Shown here: positions 17,184-27,983 of the stretch, piece after piece
Layout of the letters: each line of letters opens with the position of its first letter
How positions within the stretch are numbered: position 1 is the first letter of the stretch
Virus record (IMG/VR): IMGVR_UViG_3300032260_000011
Location: 1 to 34,917 of that record
From: a virus
Taxonomy: Duplodnaviria; Caudoviricetes
Strand: one strand, 5' to 3'
DNA length: 34,917 bases
Notes under the pieces: generated by a model
What the model was told of the DNA's origin: nothing
The model's database searches: none
Seen by the model: the letters and a program-made list of their open reading frames with translations, nothing else
Translations under genes and position numbers: made by a program

Positions 17184-18268
17184 GAGCAAGTGACATCATA
17201 TTACAATTAGCAGCCAAGCTTCCGGCTTTGGTTGATGATTTCACTACGTCTTTTTCTGTCACCTCTTTGACTCGTAGCGGAACTACAGTAACTGCTACCA
17301 CGTCCGCCGCTCATGGCTTAGCCGTAGGGAATGCGGTTAATATTGTCGGATCACAAACCCCTATCACTATTACCAGTATTGACCGGGTTGGAGTCGTTGC
17401 AACGATGGTAACAGCTGCTGATCATGATATGACTGAGGGTGCTTTTACTGAGGTTGAGATTAGCGGTGCAACTGAGGCTGAATTTAACGGGACATTTACA
17501 CTGTTGCGAGTGTTAAACCGTAGAACAATCACTTTTCAGGTTGCAGACAGTGGCCCTACAAGCGCTACAGGGTCGCCTTTGTTGTTAAATGGATCTAGCC
17601 CACTCCAGAGCTATAACGGCCTTAAAGAAGTCACAACAGTCCCATCTACTACGACTTTTACCTATGAGATAACCGATACAACATTATTTTCCCCAGCATC
17701 CGGGACAATAACAGCCAAGACTTTACCGAGGATATCCGGGGCGGCTACTGATGAGCGCGCTTTAGCAAGCTATTCAAAGCAAGCGGGTGATGATGCGTGG
17801 TTGTATGTAGTGATGAATGATGTTGTAGCCAATAAAAGCAGAACTTTAGATATTGACGGAACAGACAACATTCAAAGAACCAATCATTTTAAACAGTTTG
17901 CAAGTCAGACGGTCAGTCTTTATGTGTTTATCCCGACATCTAGACAGATTTCAGGCAGATCAGCCAGGGATAGAGCAGAAGAGCTGTTAAAACCGATCTG
18001 TCAGAGCATTTTATTTGCCAAATTCGACAGTTTGTTGACGGCAGCCCAATACAACGCATTAATGTTTAATGAGGCTGGTTTTCATGGATACAACACAGCT
18101 TTCTATATTCACCGTTACACGTTTGAAATGACCTTATTATTCGGCATTGATGACACTATTGGCGCTGATGAAGATGTGGCTTTCCGTGATATTGATATGT
18201 CACAGTTGCATGATGTTGGTACAGGCGAGATAAATACACTTATTGACCTAGATGATGAGCCTCTTTAA
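17180..18268 (+). CDS. putative tail terminator with inserted beta-rich repeat domains
   Basis: Position between gp10-like gene and sheath; two copies of a SITR.G..AT.T...H.....V.I.G motif. Confidence 0.65.
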   Translation: MRASDIILQLAAKLPALVDDFTTSFSVTSLTRSGTTVTATTSAAHGLAVGNAVNIVGSQTPITITSIDRVGVVATMVTAADHDMTEGAFTEVEISGATEAEFNGTFTLLRVLNRRTITFQVADSGPTSATGSPLLLNGSSPLQSYNGLKEVTTVPSTTTFTYEITDTTLFSPASGTITAKTLPRISGAATDERALASYSKQAGDDAWLYVVMNDVVANKSRTLDIDGTDNIQRTNHFKQFASQTVSLYVFIPTSRQISGRSARDRAEELLKPICQSILFAKFDSLLTAAQYNALMFNEAGFHGYNTAFYIHRYTFEMTLLFGIDDTIGADEDVAFRDIDMSQLHDVGTGEINTLIDLDDEPL

Positions 18269-18270
18269 CT

Positions 18271-18459
18271 ATGAAAACAATTAAACTGAAATTAAACAAA
18301 CCAATGGCAGGCTATGAGGAAGGGCGCGAAGTAGCTATTGATGTTGATAGGAATAAAGTGCCTTTAAAGAGATTTTGGCGACGCCGCCTAAAAGATGCCA
18401 AAACCGATAATTGCGTGGAGATAGTTAAAGTCTCCAAACCAAAAACAGGAGACAAGTAA
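18271..18459 (+). CDS. small pre-sheath protein (Mu gp38/DUF2635-like)
   Basis: FWRRRLKD motif directly upstream of sheath. Confidence 0.65.
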   Translation: MKTIKLKLNKPMAGYEEGREVAIDVDRNKVPLKRFWRRRLKDAKTDNCVEIVKVSKPKTGDK

Positions 18460-20015
18460 TGCCTACTACTATTAGCCAGCCTAAGGTTACGGTTAACATC
18501 GTAAATGCGTCATCGACAGTAGAAAACACAGAGCAGCGTATTCTATTTGTTGGTCAAAAAACCGCAGCCGGATCGGCCACTGCTGGAGCGCTGGACGAAG
18601 CCATTGCAAACGGTGGCGCAGAAGATGCGCTTTATGGCCGTGACGGTATGTTGGCCACAATGATTCGAGCTTGCAAGGTTCGCAATCAACAAGTTCAGAT
18701 TGATGCCATATCACTGGATGATAATGGTTCAACTTTCGCAACAGGAACAATTACCGTTGTCGGCACGGCTTCTGAAGCTGGAACTCTGACAGTAATTATC
18801 GGATCAGAACGAAACCACAAGTTTAGCGTGGCGGTTGCGGATACCGATGATGAAACTGCCGTTGCTGCCGCTATCGTTGCTGCGGTTAATGCCGATCTTG
18901 ATGTTCCTGTAACCGCTGCCAACGTATTAGGGGTGGTGACATTTACCGCTATTAATACGGGAACCTATGGCAACAGCATTGCTATTGAAGTCAGGGGATC
19001 AGTAGCAGGCATTACTGGAACAGCAGTGGTTGGTATGGCTAGTGGTGCAACAGATCCGGTGCTGACGGGCGTATTCGATGTGATTGCTGATAGGCGCTAT
19101 CAAGCTATTGTTTGGCCATACCCTGAGGATACAGCTGAGCTCAGGACGCTTCTTGATGCTCGTTTTAATGCAGATGGTGCTGTTCTCGACGGAGTAGGAT
19201 TCACCGCACTGGCGGATACTGTTTCTAACCTAAAGGTATTGGGCGCTGCTCTAAATAGCGAAAGCCTCGTGATTATAGGTGATCAAAAGGAAACTGAAAC
19301 AAACTATGCTGGGCCGTCCATCGTGGAAATCCCAATGGTTACCGCATCTCAGTTTGCTGGATTTAGAGGGCTGAGGCTAGATACAGATGGCTTCAGCATT
19401 GCTGATCTGGTAATTACTGCCAATGGTCCACTTGATAGTTTTGGTGGTCCTGCATTGGCCTCAAAGCCTTACTTCAATACGCCATTTGGCGAGCTTGTCC
19501 CAATGCAGACAGGGCGAGGATTCGATGATTCTGAAATTGAGGACTTGAAGGATAACGGTATTACGGTAATCGGCAATAATAGAGCAAACAACACCGTCAT
19601 TTCAGGCGAGTTTGTGACTACATATAAAACCGATGTGGCGGCAAACCCTGATATCACATTCACATTCTTGAACTATGTCGATACTGCCAGCCAGGCCAGG
19701 GAATATTTCTTTAATAATCTTCGTGCTAGGTTCGCTCAGTCTCGATTGACCGAGGGCGATATCATTAAAGGCCGCGACATGGCCAATGAGCTTGTTGTTA
19801 GGTCATTCCTGAAGCGGCTCTATCAAGATTTAAGCGGGCCTGATTTTGTACTTTTGGAGTCTGGAGAAACTGCGCTTAACTTCTTCAATGACAATATGGT
19901 TATTACTCTAGATAAATCTCTTGGCAAAGTCACTATTCAAATGACTGTGCCAATCGTCACTCAGATCCGTGAGATTGCGGCAACCATGAAAATCGCCTTC
20001 TCAACAGCTGCTTAA
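18459..20015 (+). CDS. contractile tail sheath protein (Mu gpL-like)
   Basis: RILFVGQK, LYGRDGML, DLDVPVTA, GMASGATDP, VTTYKTD. Confidence 0.9.
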   Translation: MPTTISQPKVTVNIVNASSTVENTEQRILFVGQKTAAGSATAGALDEAIANGGAEDALYGRDGMLATMIRACKVRNQQVQIDAISLDDNGSTFATGTITVVGTASEAGTLTVIIGSERNHKFSVAVADTDDETAVAAAIVAAVNADLDVPVTAANVLGVVTFTAINTGTYGNSIAIEVRGSVAGITGTAVVGMASGATDPVLTGVFDVIADRRYQAIVWPYPEDTAELRTLLDARFNADGAVLDGVGFTALADTVSNLKVLGAALNSESLVIIGDQKETETNYAGPSIVEIPMVTASQFAGFRGLRLDTDGFSIADLVITANGPLDSFGGPALASKPYFNTPFGELVPMQTGRGFDDSEIEDLKDNGITVIGNNRANNTVISGEFVTTYKTDVAANPDITFTFLNYVDTASQAREYFFNNLRARFAQSRLTEGDIIKGRDMANELVVRSFLKRLYQDLSGPDFVLLESGETALNFFNDNMVITLDKSLGKVTIQMTVPIVTQIREIAATMKIAFSTAA

Positions 20016-20026
20016 GGAGCTATGTA

Positions 20027-20419
20027 ATGGCAAATCAATTAAACAATGTCGCCGTACTGGTGAACAATGACATTATTGCGTATGAAGCTAATTCATTATC
20101 TTATGATGATGGATTTGGTGAATACAATGTCAGAAATGCAGTAGTCGGCGGCGGACAGACTGAGCAGGTCTTTTCTGAGGATCTGGCCACTAAGTTCAGC
20201 ATGGTTAAGTTTTCAATGCCGTCAACTGAAGACGCAGCCGCGCTGATTCGAGAGTGGAAAAACAACATTAATAATAATGTTGTTGAGTTGCAGTCATCTA
20301 CAGGCGGTGCTCAGTTCACACGCATCTTCACCCAGGCGTCAATTCAAGGCAATCCTGAAGTGAACCTATCCACTGATGGCGTTGTAGAGGTTGAATTTAG
20401 AAGCAATCCTGCTCAGTAA
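20027..20419 (+). CDS. tail tube protein
   Basis: 130 aa directly after sheath; AAGGAG RBS; C-terminal DGVVEVEF. Confidence 0.8.
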   Translation: MANQLNNVAVLVNNDIIAYEANSLSYDDGFGEYNVRNAVVGGGQTEQVFSEDLATKFSMVKFSMPSTEDAAALIREWKNNINNNVVELQSSTGGAQFTRIFTQASIQGNPEVNLSTDGVVEVEFRSNPAQ

Positions 20420-20438
20420 TTAAATAAGTGAGGGCAAA

Positions 20439-20864
20439 ATGAGCGAACCAAAAGAGGTAACAGCTGAGCTAACTGACTCGTTTGAGTATGCGTATAAAGG
20501 AGATCAACGGGAGGCGCAATTCATCTCACTATTTGCGCCAACAATGCGCCAGCATTCACAAGCAGCAGCCCTAAAACAGTCAATCATGAAAATGATTGCT
20601 AAGGCAGTGAAGGACGTCGACGATGATTCTACTGATGTTAGTGATGAGTCAGAAGTTACTGCTGAAATGGTTATTACCACCATATATACCAGTGAATGCG
20701 TTGAGGCAAACGTTGTATGGGAGCAAGCAAAAGCCTTATTCAAGGAAGGCGCAGCCCTTATTGACGGCGAACAGAAGATGACAGCTCCTTTGATAGAAAA
20801 GATGTCTCCAGATGATTTTGAAAAAACGGTCGGTAAATATATAGCAAATTTTACCCTAGCCTGA
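20439..20864 (+). CDS. tail assembly chaperone (G-like)
   Basis: Between tube and tape measure; ends just after slippery A AAT TTT. Confidence 0.8.
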   Translation: MSEPKEVTAELTDSFEYAYKGDQREAQFISLFAPTMRQHSQAAALKQSIMKMIAKAVKDVDDDSTDVSDESEVTAEMVITTIYTSECVEANVVWEQAKALFKEGAALIDGEQKMTAPLIEKMSPDDFEKTVGKYIANFTLA

Positions 20865-21058
20865 GTCGAACGGCCATAAAGGATGGAGGTCATCTCAGGC
20901 CAGTAACAGATGCGGAGCTGGCCAAGAACTGTATCCAGCTTGGGCGGTTTTCAAATGGCGCATTGAATATCCAGTGGATGGAATCAATATCGCTATATAA
21001 ATTATATGGATATATTGATCAGATGTTGGAATTGATTACAGAGGAACAGAATGGCTAA
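20846..21058 (+). other. predicted -1 programmed ribosomal frameshift site and GT-like extension
   Basis: A-AAT-TTT at 20846-20852; the -1 frame is open from 20837 to TAA at 21056-21058, overlapping the tape measure start. Confidence 0.75.
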
Positions 21059-22547
21059 TAAAGTAGGCTATATTATTCAGCTCCAAGATCGGTTTTCAAG
21101 AGCTGCAAAAAAAATCAAATCCCAAATGAAGGGAGTTGATAGAAGTGCTGATAAAGCCGCAAAAACCATCAATAAAAATTTATCTGGTAGCTTTAAAAAC
21201 TTAAAAAACACGGCCAAGAATGCAATGGGTGCGGTTCTTGCTGCGCTCAGCGTGCGTAAACTTATCACTACTGGTGCAGAATTTCAGGATTCATTAGCTG
21301 ATCTTTCAGCCATTACAGGTGCCACAGGAAAGGATTTAGCCAATCTTCAAAAGACAATATTCAAGCTGGGCAAACAATCGGCAACCTCTTCGGCAGAAGT
21401 AGCAGAAGCATTTAAGCTGGTTGCATCTGCAAAGCCTGAATTGCTGGAAAACTTAGATGCTCTTACGGCAACCACCGAACAGGTACTATTGCTAAAGAAT
21501 GCTGCCGGAATTGAGCTAGCAAGTGCTGCAAATATTGCTGCTCAAGGATTAAATATCTTCGGGGCAGGGGCCGACCAGGCTGCACGTTTCGTGAATGTGT
21601 TGGCAGCTGGTGCAAAACTTGGGTCATCTGAAATAGCTGATACAGGAGCAGCGTTGCTGATTTCAGGTCCCGCTGCAAGAGCAGCAGGACTGAGTTTTGA
21701 GCAATTAAATGCAGCAATCCAGACCGTGGCGAAAGGCGGCATCAAAGCAGAGCGATCAGGTACAGCATTAAATGCGATCTTTGGTCGTCTACAGCGCCTT
21801 GGAATTGATTTCCAGAAGCTAGGGCTTCAAGGAGCTTTTGAGCTTGTAGCTAAAAAAATGAACTCGCTTACGTCTTCTACAGATAGAGCGAAACTAGCTT
21901 CTAAAATATTTGGTGAAGAGCACGTCAAGGTCGGCTTTGCATTGATGCAAAATGTACGATTCCTTGGGCAATATGAAAAATCTTTGGCTGGTACAAACAT
22001 TGCTCAAGAACAGGCTGATATACGGCTTAAGACATTCAATGCGAAGATGCGTAGGCTAGGCACTATTGTAGATAGTGTGATTATAAAAACATTTTTACGT
22101 CTTGAGCCAGTCATTACCAAACAAGCTGAAAGATTGTCTATATTTTTCGATACCATTAAAGCAGAAAACGTAGATGCCTTTGCGGATTCACTTAAGGCAT
22201 TGTTGGAAGTGGCTATTGTTATCGGGAATGCATTTAAGATAGTTGCATCAGTAATAAAAGGGGTAGGCACCGCAATAGGGGAGCTAGCTGCACAGATTAC
22301 AACTTTAAACTTTGGGGAAAAATTAGGAACCTCATTTAAAGATGCCTTTTCTATTGGAGGTAAATTTCTTGGTATATTTGGAGATGAGCCTACAGCTACC
22401 AATGTTGGTAAAACTACAGCAACATCACAGACTGACGTGAATGTTAATCTCCTGGCTCCTGAGAAGACCATTGATTCTGTGAAAACCAGAACATCTGGCA
22501 AAGCACCGGGCCTAAATGTTGGCGTTAATCTGGCAACGGCTCCCTAA
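21051..22547 (+). CDS. tape measure protein (TP901-like core)
   Basis: FQDSLADLSAITGATG, NVLAAGAKLGSSEI, GTAL..IF. Confidence 0.9.
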   Translation: MANKVGYIIQLQDRFSRAAKKIKSQMKGVDRSADKAAKTINKNLSGSFKNLKNTAKNAMGAVLAALSVRKLITTGAEFQDSLADLSAITGATGKDLANLQKTIFKLGKQSATSSAEVAEAFKLVASAKPELLENLDALTATTEQVLLLKNAAGIELASAANIAAQGLNIFGAGADQAARFVNVLAAGAKLGSSEIADTGAALLISGPAARAAGLSFEQLNAAIQTVAKGGIKAERSGTALNAIFGRLQRLGIDFQKLGLQGAFELVAKKMNSLTSSTDRAKLASKIFGEEHVKVGFALMQNVRFLGQYEKSLAGTNIAQEQADIRLKTFNAKMRRLGTIVDSVIIKTFLRLEPVITKQAERLSIFFDTIKAENVDAFADSLKALLEVAIVIGNAFKIVASVIKGVGTAIGELAAQITTLNFGEKLGTSFKDAFSIGGKFLGIFGDEPTATNVGKTTATSQTDVNVNLLAPEKTIDSVKTRTSGKAPGLNVGVNLATAP

Positions 22548-23773
22548 TGGCTGACTCAACAAAAATCATTGATGGGTTTTTCAAAAGCATCCCGATCAGG
22601 ATTGACTCTGGATCTGTTGCGGGTGGGCGTAAATTCTCAAAGAAGGAATTTCCAAATCGCGATACTCAAACCATTGAAGATTTAGGGCTTCGTCCGCGCA
22701 CATATAATCTCCAGATTATAATTGCACCAAGAACAACTGTCTCAGGCGGCGCTACAAGCGTCAATCAAGGTTATTTTGAGTATAGGGATGCTCTGATAGC
22801 CGCAATAGAGGACAAAGGCCCAGGCGAGCTTATACATCCTCTATATGGGCGCATTGAAAATGTAGTTGCTACGACATATAGCTTAAATGAGGATTTCACC
22901 AATTTTGGCAGGACTCGCTTATCAGTAACTTTTGAAGTCACTAGCGACACAGGCATACCTCGTAAAACAATAACAGCATTATCACAGCTAGCTAAGGCAA
23001 ATGATGATGTAATCGCAGCGGTATTTTCTGATATTTCTGAAAACTATGACGTTCTATCCAAGTTTAAAAATAATTTTGGAGATGCGGCAGATAAAATCAA
23101 TGAAATCATTGATGCGGCTACTGAGTCAACGTCATTTATAGGCGCTGCGGCTGATGAAATTAACGAGTTCAATAGTTTTATTGGCGAATTATCAGCAGAT
23201 GTAAATAGTTTAGTAACTGACCCGCTTTCATTGGCTGCAAGTATCAATAATCTTTTCTCGAATATCGATGGATTGTATGGGACTGTTGAAAATACAGCCA
23301 AAGCATTTAAAGGATTATTTGAGTTTGGTGATAACGATGAAGATGACGTACAACCTACAACGGCAGCGCGCATCCAAAGAAAGCAGAATAGAGCTGTTTT
23401 AAATGGCGCGGTTAATGCGCAAACCCTTAGCTATGCATATGTCAATGTTGCCCAAATACAATTTGAGAACGTGCAAGAAATAGAGGAAGCTGCTGACGAA
23501 TTAGAAGTTCAATATCAAGAGGTTATAAACTCAGGGTCATCTAATAATGTTATATCAGCAGTTACTGATATGCGTGTGATAGTACAGCAGTTCTTTGATG
23601 AACAAAAAACCACAGCAAAACAGATAATTACAGTAAATACCTATACCATTCCTAGTCGCGTATTAAGTTTTCAATATTATGGGGAATCCGAGAGTGCAGA
23701 CGACATCATAGGACTCAATAATATAAATGATGTGTCATTTGTTGATGGATCTGTGGAGATATTAACCTCATGA
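22547..23773 (+). CDS. Mu gpN-like DNA circularization/tail protein
   Basis: GGRK...KEFPNRD...EDLG...RDALIAA...GPGELIHPLYG. Confidence 0.88.
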   Translation: MADSTKIIDGFFKSIPIRIDSGSVAGGRKFSKKEFPNRDTQTIEDLGLRPRTYNLQIIIAPRTTVSGGATSVNQGYFEYRDALIAAIEDKGPGELIHPLYGRIENVVATTYSLNEDFTNFGRTRLSVTFEVTSDTGIPRKTITALSQLAKANDDVIAAVFSDISENYDVLSKFKNNFGDAADKINEIIDAATESTSFIGAAADEINEFNSFIGELSADVNSLVTDPLSLAASINNLFSNIDGLYGTVENTAKAFKGLFEFGDNDEDDVQPTTAARIQRKQNRAVLNGAVNAQTLSYAYVNVAQIQFENVQEIEEAADELEVQYQEVINSGSSNNVISAVTDMRVIVQQFFDEQKTTAKQIITVNTYTIPSRVLSFQYYGESESADDIIGLNNINDVSFVDGSVEILTS

Positions 23774-24873
23774 CCATAAAACTAGAAGTAGACGGCATTC
23801 AATACGAAAATTTCACGGCAGCCAGCTGTGAGATTCGCCTTGATGCGCTATCAAATACATTTAGTTTTGAAGCAGCCGCAGCAGACGGGGCGCTACTTCC
23901 ATTCAAGGGCGGTGAATCCTGTAGGGTCATTGTCAATGAAATCCCCGTTCTTACCGGTTCTATTGAAATAGTAGATGTTTCTTATGATGCTGCAGACCAC
24001 ATAATCACCATACAAGGGAGAGATAAAACGGGTGATTTGCTGGATAGCAATATCAATAAAATACCAGACCTCAGAGCGCCTATAACACTCAAGCAGATCA
24101 TTGAAAAAGTTATTTCTAATATAGGTGCTGATATTCAGGTGATTGAAGATGTTGAAACCGAGCCTTTTAGTGCTGCTCAAGATATTGCCGCCCCTGAGCC
24201 AGGAGATAACGCCTTTGAGTTCATTGAAAAATATAGCCGCAAACGCCAGGTTTTACTGACCTCGGATGGTGATGGAAACATAGTAATTACAGATGGATCA
24301 GGAGAAGAGGCAATAGGAAGCATACAGCATATCATTGGAGCAGAAGATAATAACGTCATAGCAAGCTCTTTCAGCTTTGACACAACTGGGAGGTACAATA
24401 TTTATAAGTTTGCCTCCCAACTAAACCCTGTCGCTCTGAATCTTGCCGGGGATACCGCCCTCACATCCGTGGCAAATCAGGGTGGTGGGGCCTCTGATCC
24501 AGATATAAGGATAGGGCGGCAGCTCGTCCTGGTATCAGAGGCTCCGAATTCAGATGACCAAAATGAGAAAAGAGCAAAATGGGAAGCTAATATAAGAAAA
24601 GCTCGTGGTTTGGTGTATTCTGCCACAGTCCCAGGATATCAAGTAGACAACATTGATCCTGATTCGGAGCTCTGGCAGATCAATAAGCTATATCAGATCG
24701 TGGACGATTATCTCGGCAAATCTGAGCCTATGTTATGTAATACGGTTACTTTCACGCTAGATACAGAAGGTGGTGAGCAAACCTCACTATCGTTTGTAGA
24801 TGAGAAGGCATATAGCCTAGATCTTGAAAAGCCACAGACGAGCAAAACGGCTACAACGGTGTTGTCGTTATGA
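23770..24873 (+). CDS. baseplate hub protein (Mu gpP-like)
   Basis: GRDKTGDLLDS, EPGDNAFEFI, LLTSDGDGN, RAKWEANIR, LWQIN. Confidence 0.88.
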   Translation: MTIKLEVDGIQYENFTAASCEIRLDALSNTFSFEAAAADGALLPFKGGESCRVIVNEIPVLTGSIEIVDVSYDAADHIITIQGRDKTGDLLDSNINKIPDLRAPITLKQIIEKVISNIGADIQVIEDVETEPFSAAQDIAAPEPGDNAFEFIEKYSRKRQVLLTSDGDGNIVITDGSGEEAIGSIQHIIGAEDNNVIASSFSFDTTGRYNIYKFASQLNPVALNLAGDTALTSVANQGGGASDPDIRIGRQLVLVSEAPNSDDQNEKRAKWEANIRKARGLVYSATVPGYQVDNIDPDSELWQINKLYQIVDDYLGKSEPMLCNTVTFTLDTEGGEQTSLSFVDEKAYSLDLEKPQTSKTATTVLSL

Positions 24874-25376
24874 GTACGTGGAGAAATTTACTCAGATGGG
24901 GGCGGATTACTCAGCCAGGCTCTGATGATAAGCAATTTGCTACGCAGCAAATGGAATACCTTGGTAAAGTGGCAGATGGGTTTATCATTTTTCCTTATGG
25001 AATGCATGGAAATGTTCCGGCTGATGCCTTAGCTTTGATGTTTGCAGTTCAAGGGAACCCTGATAACCGAGCGGCCATAGCCTGGACACCAAAGGATCGA
25101 CCTACTTTAGCTGACGGAGAGGTCGCTTTTTATCACCCACCTACAGATGCTTTTATAATCTGGAGAGCAAGTGGTGAGTTGGATATTGAAACAGGAAACG
25201 GAGGAACAAAAGATATCAATATTCTCGCTACTAAAGTCAAAATAACTGGCGATTTAGAAGTGACAGGGGTAACCACATTGGGTGCTACCGTAACCAGTAA
25301 TGGAAAAGATATCAGCGATACTCACACGCATGGCGGAGTCCAAACAGGTGGTAGCAGTACAGGAGTGCCTGATTAA
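24870..25376 (+). CDS. baseplate spike/assembly protein (Mu gp45-like)
   Basis: PYG...RPTLADGEVAFY; C-terminal HTHGGV metal-binding tip. Confidence 0.88.
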   Translation: MSTWRNLLRWGRITQPGSDDKQFATQQMEYLGKVADGFIIFPYGMHGNVPADALALMFAVQGNPDNRAAIAWTPKDRPTLADGEVAFYHPPTDAFIIWRASGELDIETGNGGTKDINILATKVKITGDLEVTGVTTLGATVTSNGKDISDTHTHGGVQTGGSSTGVPD

Positions 25377-25831
25377 TGGCCGGTGACACAGATGCAGTAT
25401 TAACAATAGATCCAGTTAGTCTATTGTATGACATAACATTTGATACGGATGGCGACATCCTGACAGATGATTTTTTTGATACCAGCCTGCTTTATAGTTT
25501 ATTAGGTGAGAGGCGCGCTGATTCTTCAGAGGTGGTAGAGCCACAACTACGCAGGGGGTGGATAGGCAATGAAGGAAAAGACTTTGAAAACGGCTCTAAA
25601 CTTTGGCTATTTTACCAAGCTAGGGTAACTAGAACCAATCTAAACAGAATAGAGGATGAGGCCAGAAAATCACTGAAATGGCTTGTGGATGATGGATATG
25701 CTGTGTCAATTGATGAAATCACGGCGACTGTAAATAATGGATCAGTTGGGCTTGAGGTTATTATTCGGCGCAGTAGGTCAAAAGTAGAACGACGTTTCTT
25801 TGAGTTATGGCAAAACACAGGAATTAGATAA
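25376..25831 (+). CDS. baseplate protein (Mu gp46-like)
   Basis: SLLGERRA, RRGWIG, GSKLWL, LKWLVDDG. Confidence 0.88.
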   Translation: MAGDTDAVLTIDPVSLLYDITFDTDGDILTDDFFDTSLLYSLLGERRADSSEVVEPQLRRGWIGNEGKDFENGSKLWLFYQARVTRTNLNRIEDEARKSLKWLVDDGYAVSIDEITATVNNGSVGLEVIIRRSRSKVERRFFELWQNTGIR

Positions 25832-27381
25832 TGCCTTTAGAGATACCAGGCAGCGCAGCAGAAGTTGAGAATCGGGCCAAGACGGATGTTCAGCGTGAGC
25901 TTCCTGAAGCAAATCCGTTCTTAAAAAACTCATGGCTTGGAGCGCTAGTTACTTCATTTGCTAATCGCATATTTGATTTCTATCTTCAGTTATTAGCAGC
26001 AATAAGAGAGAATTTTCCTGATACTGCTACTTTGGATTATTTAGAAAGATATGCAGCTATCTGGGGAAAACAGCGTCTTGCCGCAACACAGGCTACTGGC
26101 AATGCTGTTGCAACAGGTACGGCAGCAGCCGTTATCCCAAGTGGAACGGCCTTTGCTTCATCAAATGGCAATTATGCATCAACAAGTAGTGCTACCATTT
26201 CGGCGCAGTCAATAAGTATATCGAGCATTACTCGATCTGGCCAAACCGCAATTGCAACAAGCGCAAGCGATCATGGTTTAGCAAACAATGTTCCAGTCAC
26301 AATCTCAGGAGCAAACGAGGCAGAATACAACGTATCTAGCGCAGACATTACAGTCACTGGGCTGAATACATTTGAGTATCAGGTGACTGGCTCACCATCT
26401 ACTCCGGCGACTGGAACTATTCTTGCTGCGTTTACATCTGCTAGCGTACCAGTTCAATCTGATGACTTTGGGGTCGTCGCCAATCTTGACTCCGGTGAGC
26501 AGATCACGCTGCAAAGTCCAATCGTTAATGTTGACGATGTGCTTGCCATTGATTTTGGAGCTGTTGGCGGCGGCACAGACCAAGAAGCTGATGATTCTTT
26601 AAGAGAAAGAATGCTTAACCGGATTCAAAACCCGGTTGCGCATTTTAATGAATCAGACATAGAGGATAAGATTAAAGAGATAGCTGGCGTTACTCGGACA
26701 TTTATTCAAAAAGCTGGCACTGTTATCGGGGTTGAATCTGTAACATCAATCACAAGAACCGGGAATATTGCGATTGTCACATTATCATCATCCTTAGACA
26801 TTTCTAGCGGGCAAGCTGTAACGATTACAGGCGCTGCTCAATCAGATTACAATGTAACAGATGCTATTATCTTAGTAGAGAGTACAACTGTATTTTATTA
26901 TATAGTTGCAAACACTCCTGTTACTCCAGCTACCGGCTCGATTACTTCGAGCATTTCAATAGCAATAGGAACGGTAACTATTTATTTTATGCGTGATGAT
27001 GATGTTAACCCAATACCTACCGCATCAGAAGTTACTACGGTTAAAAATAAAGTACTAGAGATTACTCCTGCAAACACATCAGATATGGATGTTGTAGTGG
27101 CAGCGCCTACCGCTGTGCCTGTTGACTTCACCTTTACTGATATTACGCCTAATACAGCTACGATGAAATCAGCAATTGAAGCCAATCTAGAATCATTCTT
27201 TGCAGAAGACACTGAAGTTGGTGTGGATGTTGATGAAGATGCTTATAGGTCAGCTGTCTTCAATACTATTGATACGGAAACAGGAGCAGAAGTGTCAACA
27301 TTCACTTTGAGCACACCATCAGGCGATATATCGATTGCAATCGGAGAGATTGCCACGTTAGGAAATGTGGTATTTAGCTAA
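25831..27381 (+). CDS. baseplate J-like protein (Mu gp47-like) with two inserted repeat domains
   Basis: FPDTA..DYLER, GGTDQEADDSLRER, GVTR, GTVTIYF, GEIATLG. Confidence 0.88.
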   Translation: MPLEIPGSAAEVENRAKTDVQRELPEANPFLKNSWLGALVTSFANRIFDFYLQLLAAIRENFPDTATLDYLERYAAIWGKQRLAATQATGNAVATGTAAAVIPSGTAFASSNGNYASTSSATISAQSISISSITRSGQTAIATSASDHGLANNVPVTISGANEAEYNVSSADITVTGLNTFEYQVTGSPSTPATGTILAAFTSASVPVQSDDFGVVANLDSGEQITLQSPIVNVDDVLAIDFGAVGGGTDQEADDSLRERMLNRIQNPVAHFNESDIEDKIKEIAGVTRTFIQKAGTVIGVESVTSITRTGNIAIVTLSSSLDISSGQAVTITGAAQSDYNVTDAIILVESTTVFYYIVANTPVTPATGSITSSISIAIGTVTIYFMRDDDVNPIPTASEVTTVKNKVLEITPANTSDMDVVVAAPTAVPVDFTFTDITPNTATMKSAIEANLESFFAEDTEVGVDVDEDAYRSAVFNTIDTETGAEVSTFTLSTPSGDISIAIGEIATLGNVVFS

Positions 27382-27980
27382 TGCTTTTTGAACGCAGAAA
27401 TATAGAGCAATACACCAATAGTCTGGCAGATTATCTGCCTGGTGGGTGCTTGTTTGCGTCCAAGTCTATTCAGGATTCTAATTTCCGTAAACTGCTTACA
27501 GGTATGTCTGGTGAATTATTTAGAGCTAATGGGCTACTCAAGGAATATAGTGAGCAGATATTGCCAGATCAGACAGTTAAGTTTATTGAGGAATGGGAGT
27601 CAGCTCTTGGTATTCCTGATGCCTGTTTCAATGGAACCGGAACTCTGGATGAGAGGCGCAGGGATATTTTAGTGAAACTTGCTGCGCTTGGAGTACAGAC
27701 AGCTCAGGATTTTGAAGATCTTGGTGATACTTTCGGTATTTCTGTGACGGTTGCTTCAGGAAGAGATGGGATAACCTTTCCTCTGGTTTTTCCTGTTTTA
27801 ATGTTTACAACAGTAACTGAGGCAAGGTTCACAATCGTTATCAAATTTACGGTTCAGGAGGCTAATAGATTTACGTTAACCTTTCCGTTTACTTTCGGTG
27901 ATGGAAATATAGCAATTCTCGAATGTTTGTTTCGAAAGTTGAAACCAGCAAACTGCAATCTGATTTTTCAACAGGTGTGA
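27381..27980 (+). CDS. baseplate wedge protein (Mu gp48/DUF2313-like)
   Basis: LPGG, EWESALGIPDAC, LECLFRKLKPA. Confidence 0.85.
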   Translation: MLFERRNIEQYTNSLADYLPGGCLFASKSIQDSNFRKLLTGMSGELFRANGLLKEYSEQILPDQTVKFIEEWESALGIPDACFNGTGTLDERRRDILVKLAALGVQTAQDFEDLGDTFGISVTVASGRDGITFPLVFPVLMFTTVTEARFTIVIKFTVQEANRFTLTFPFTFGDGNIAILECLFRKLKPANCNLIFQQV

Positions 27981-27983
27981 TAT

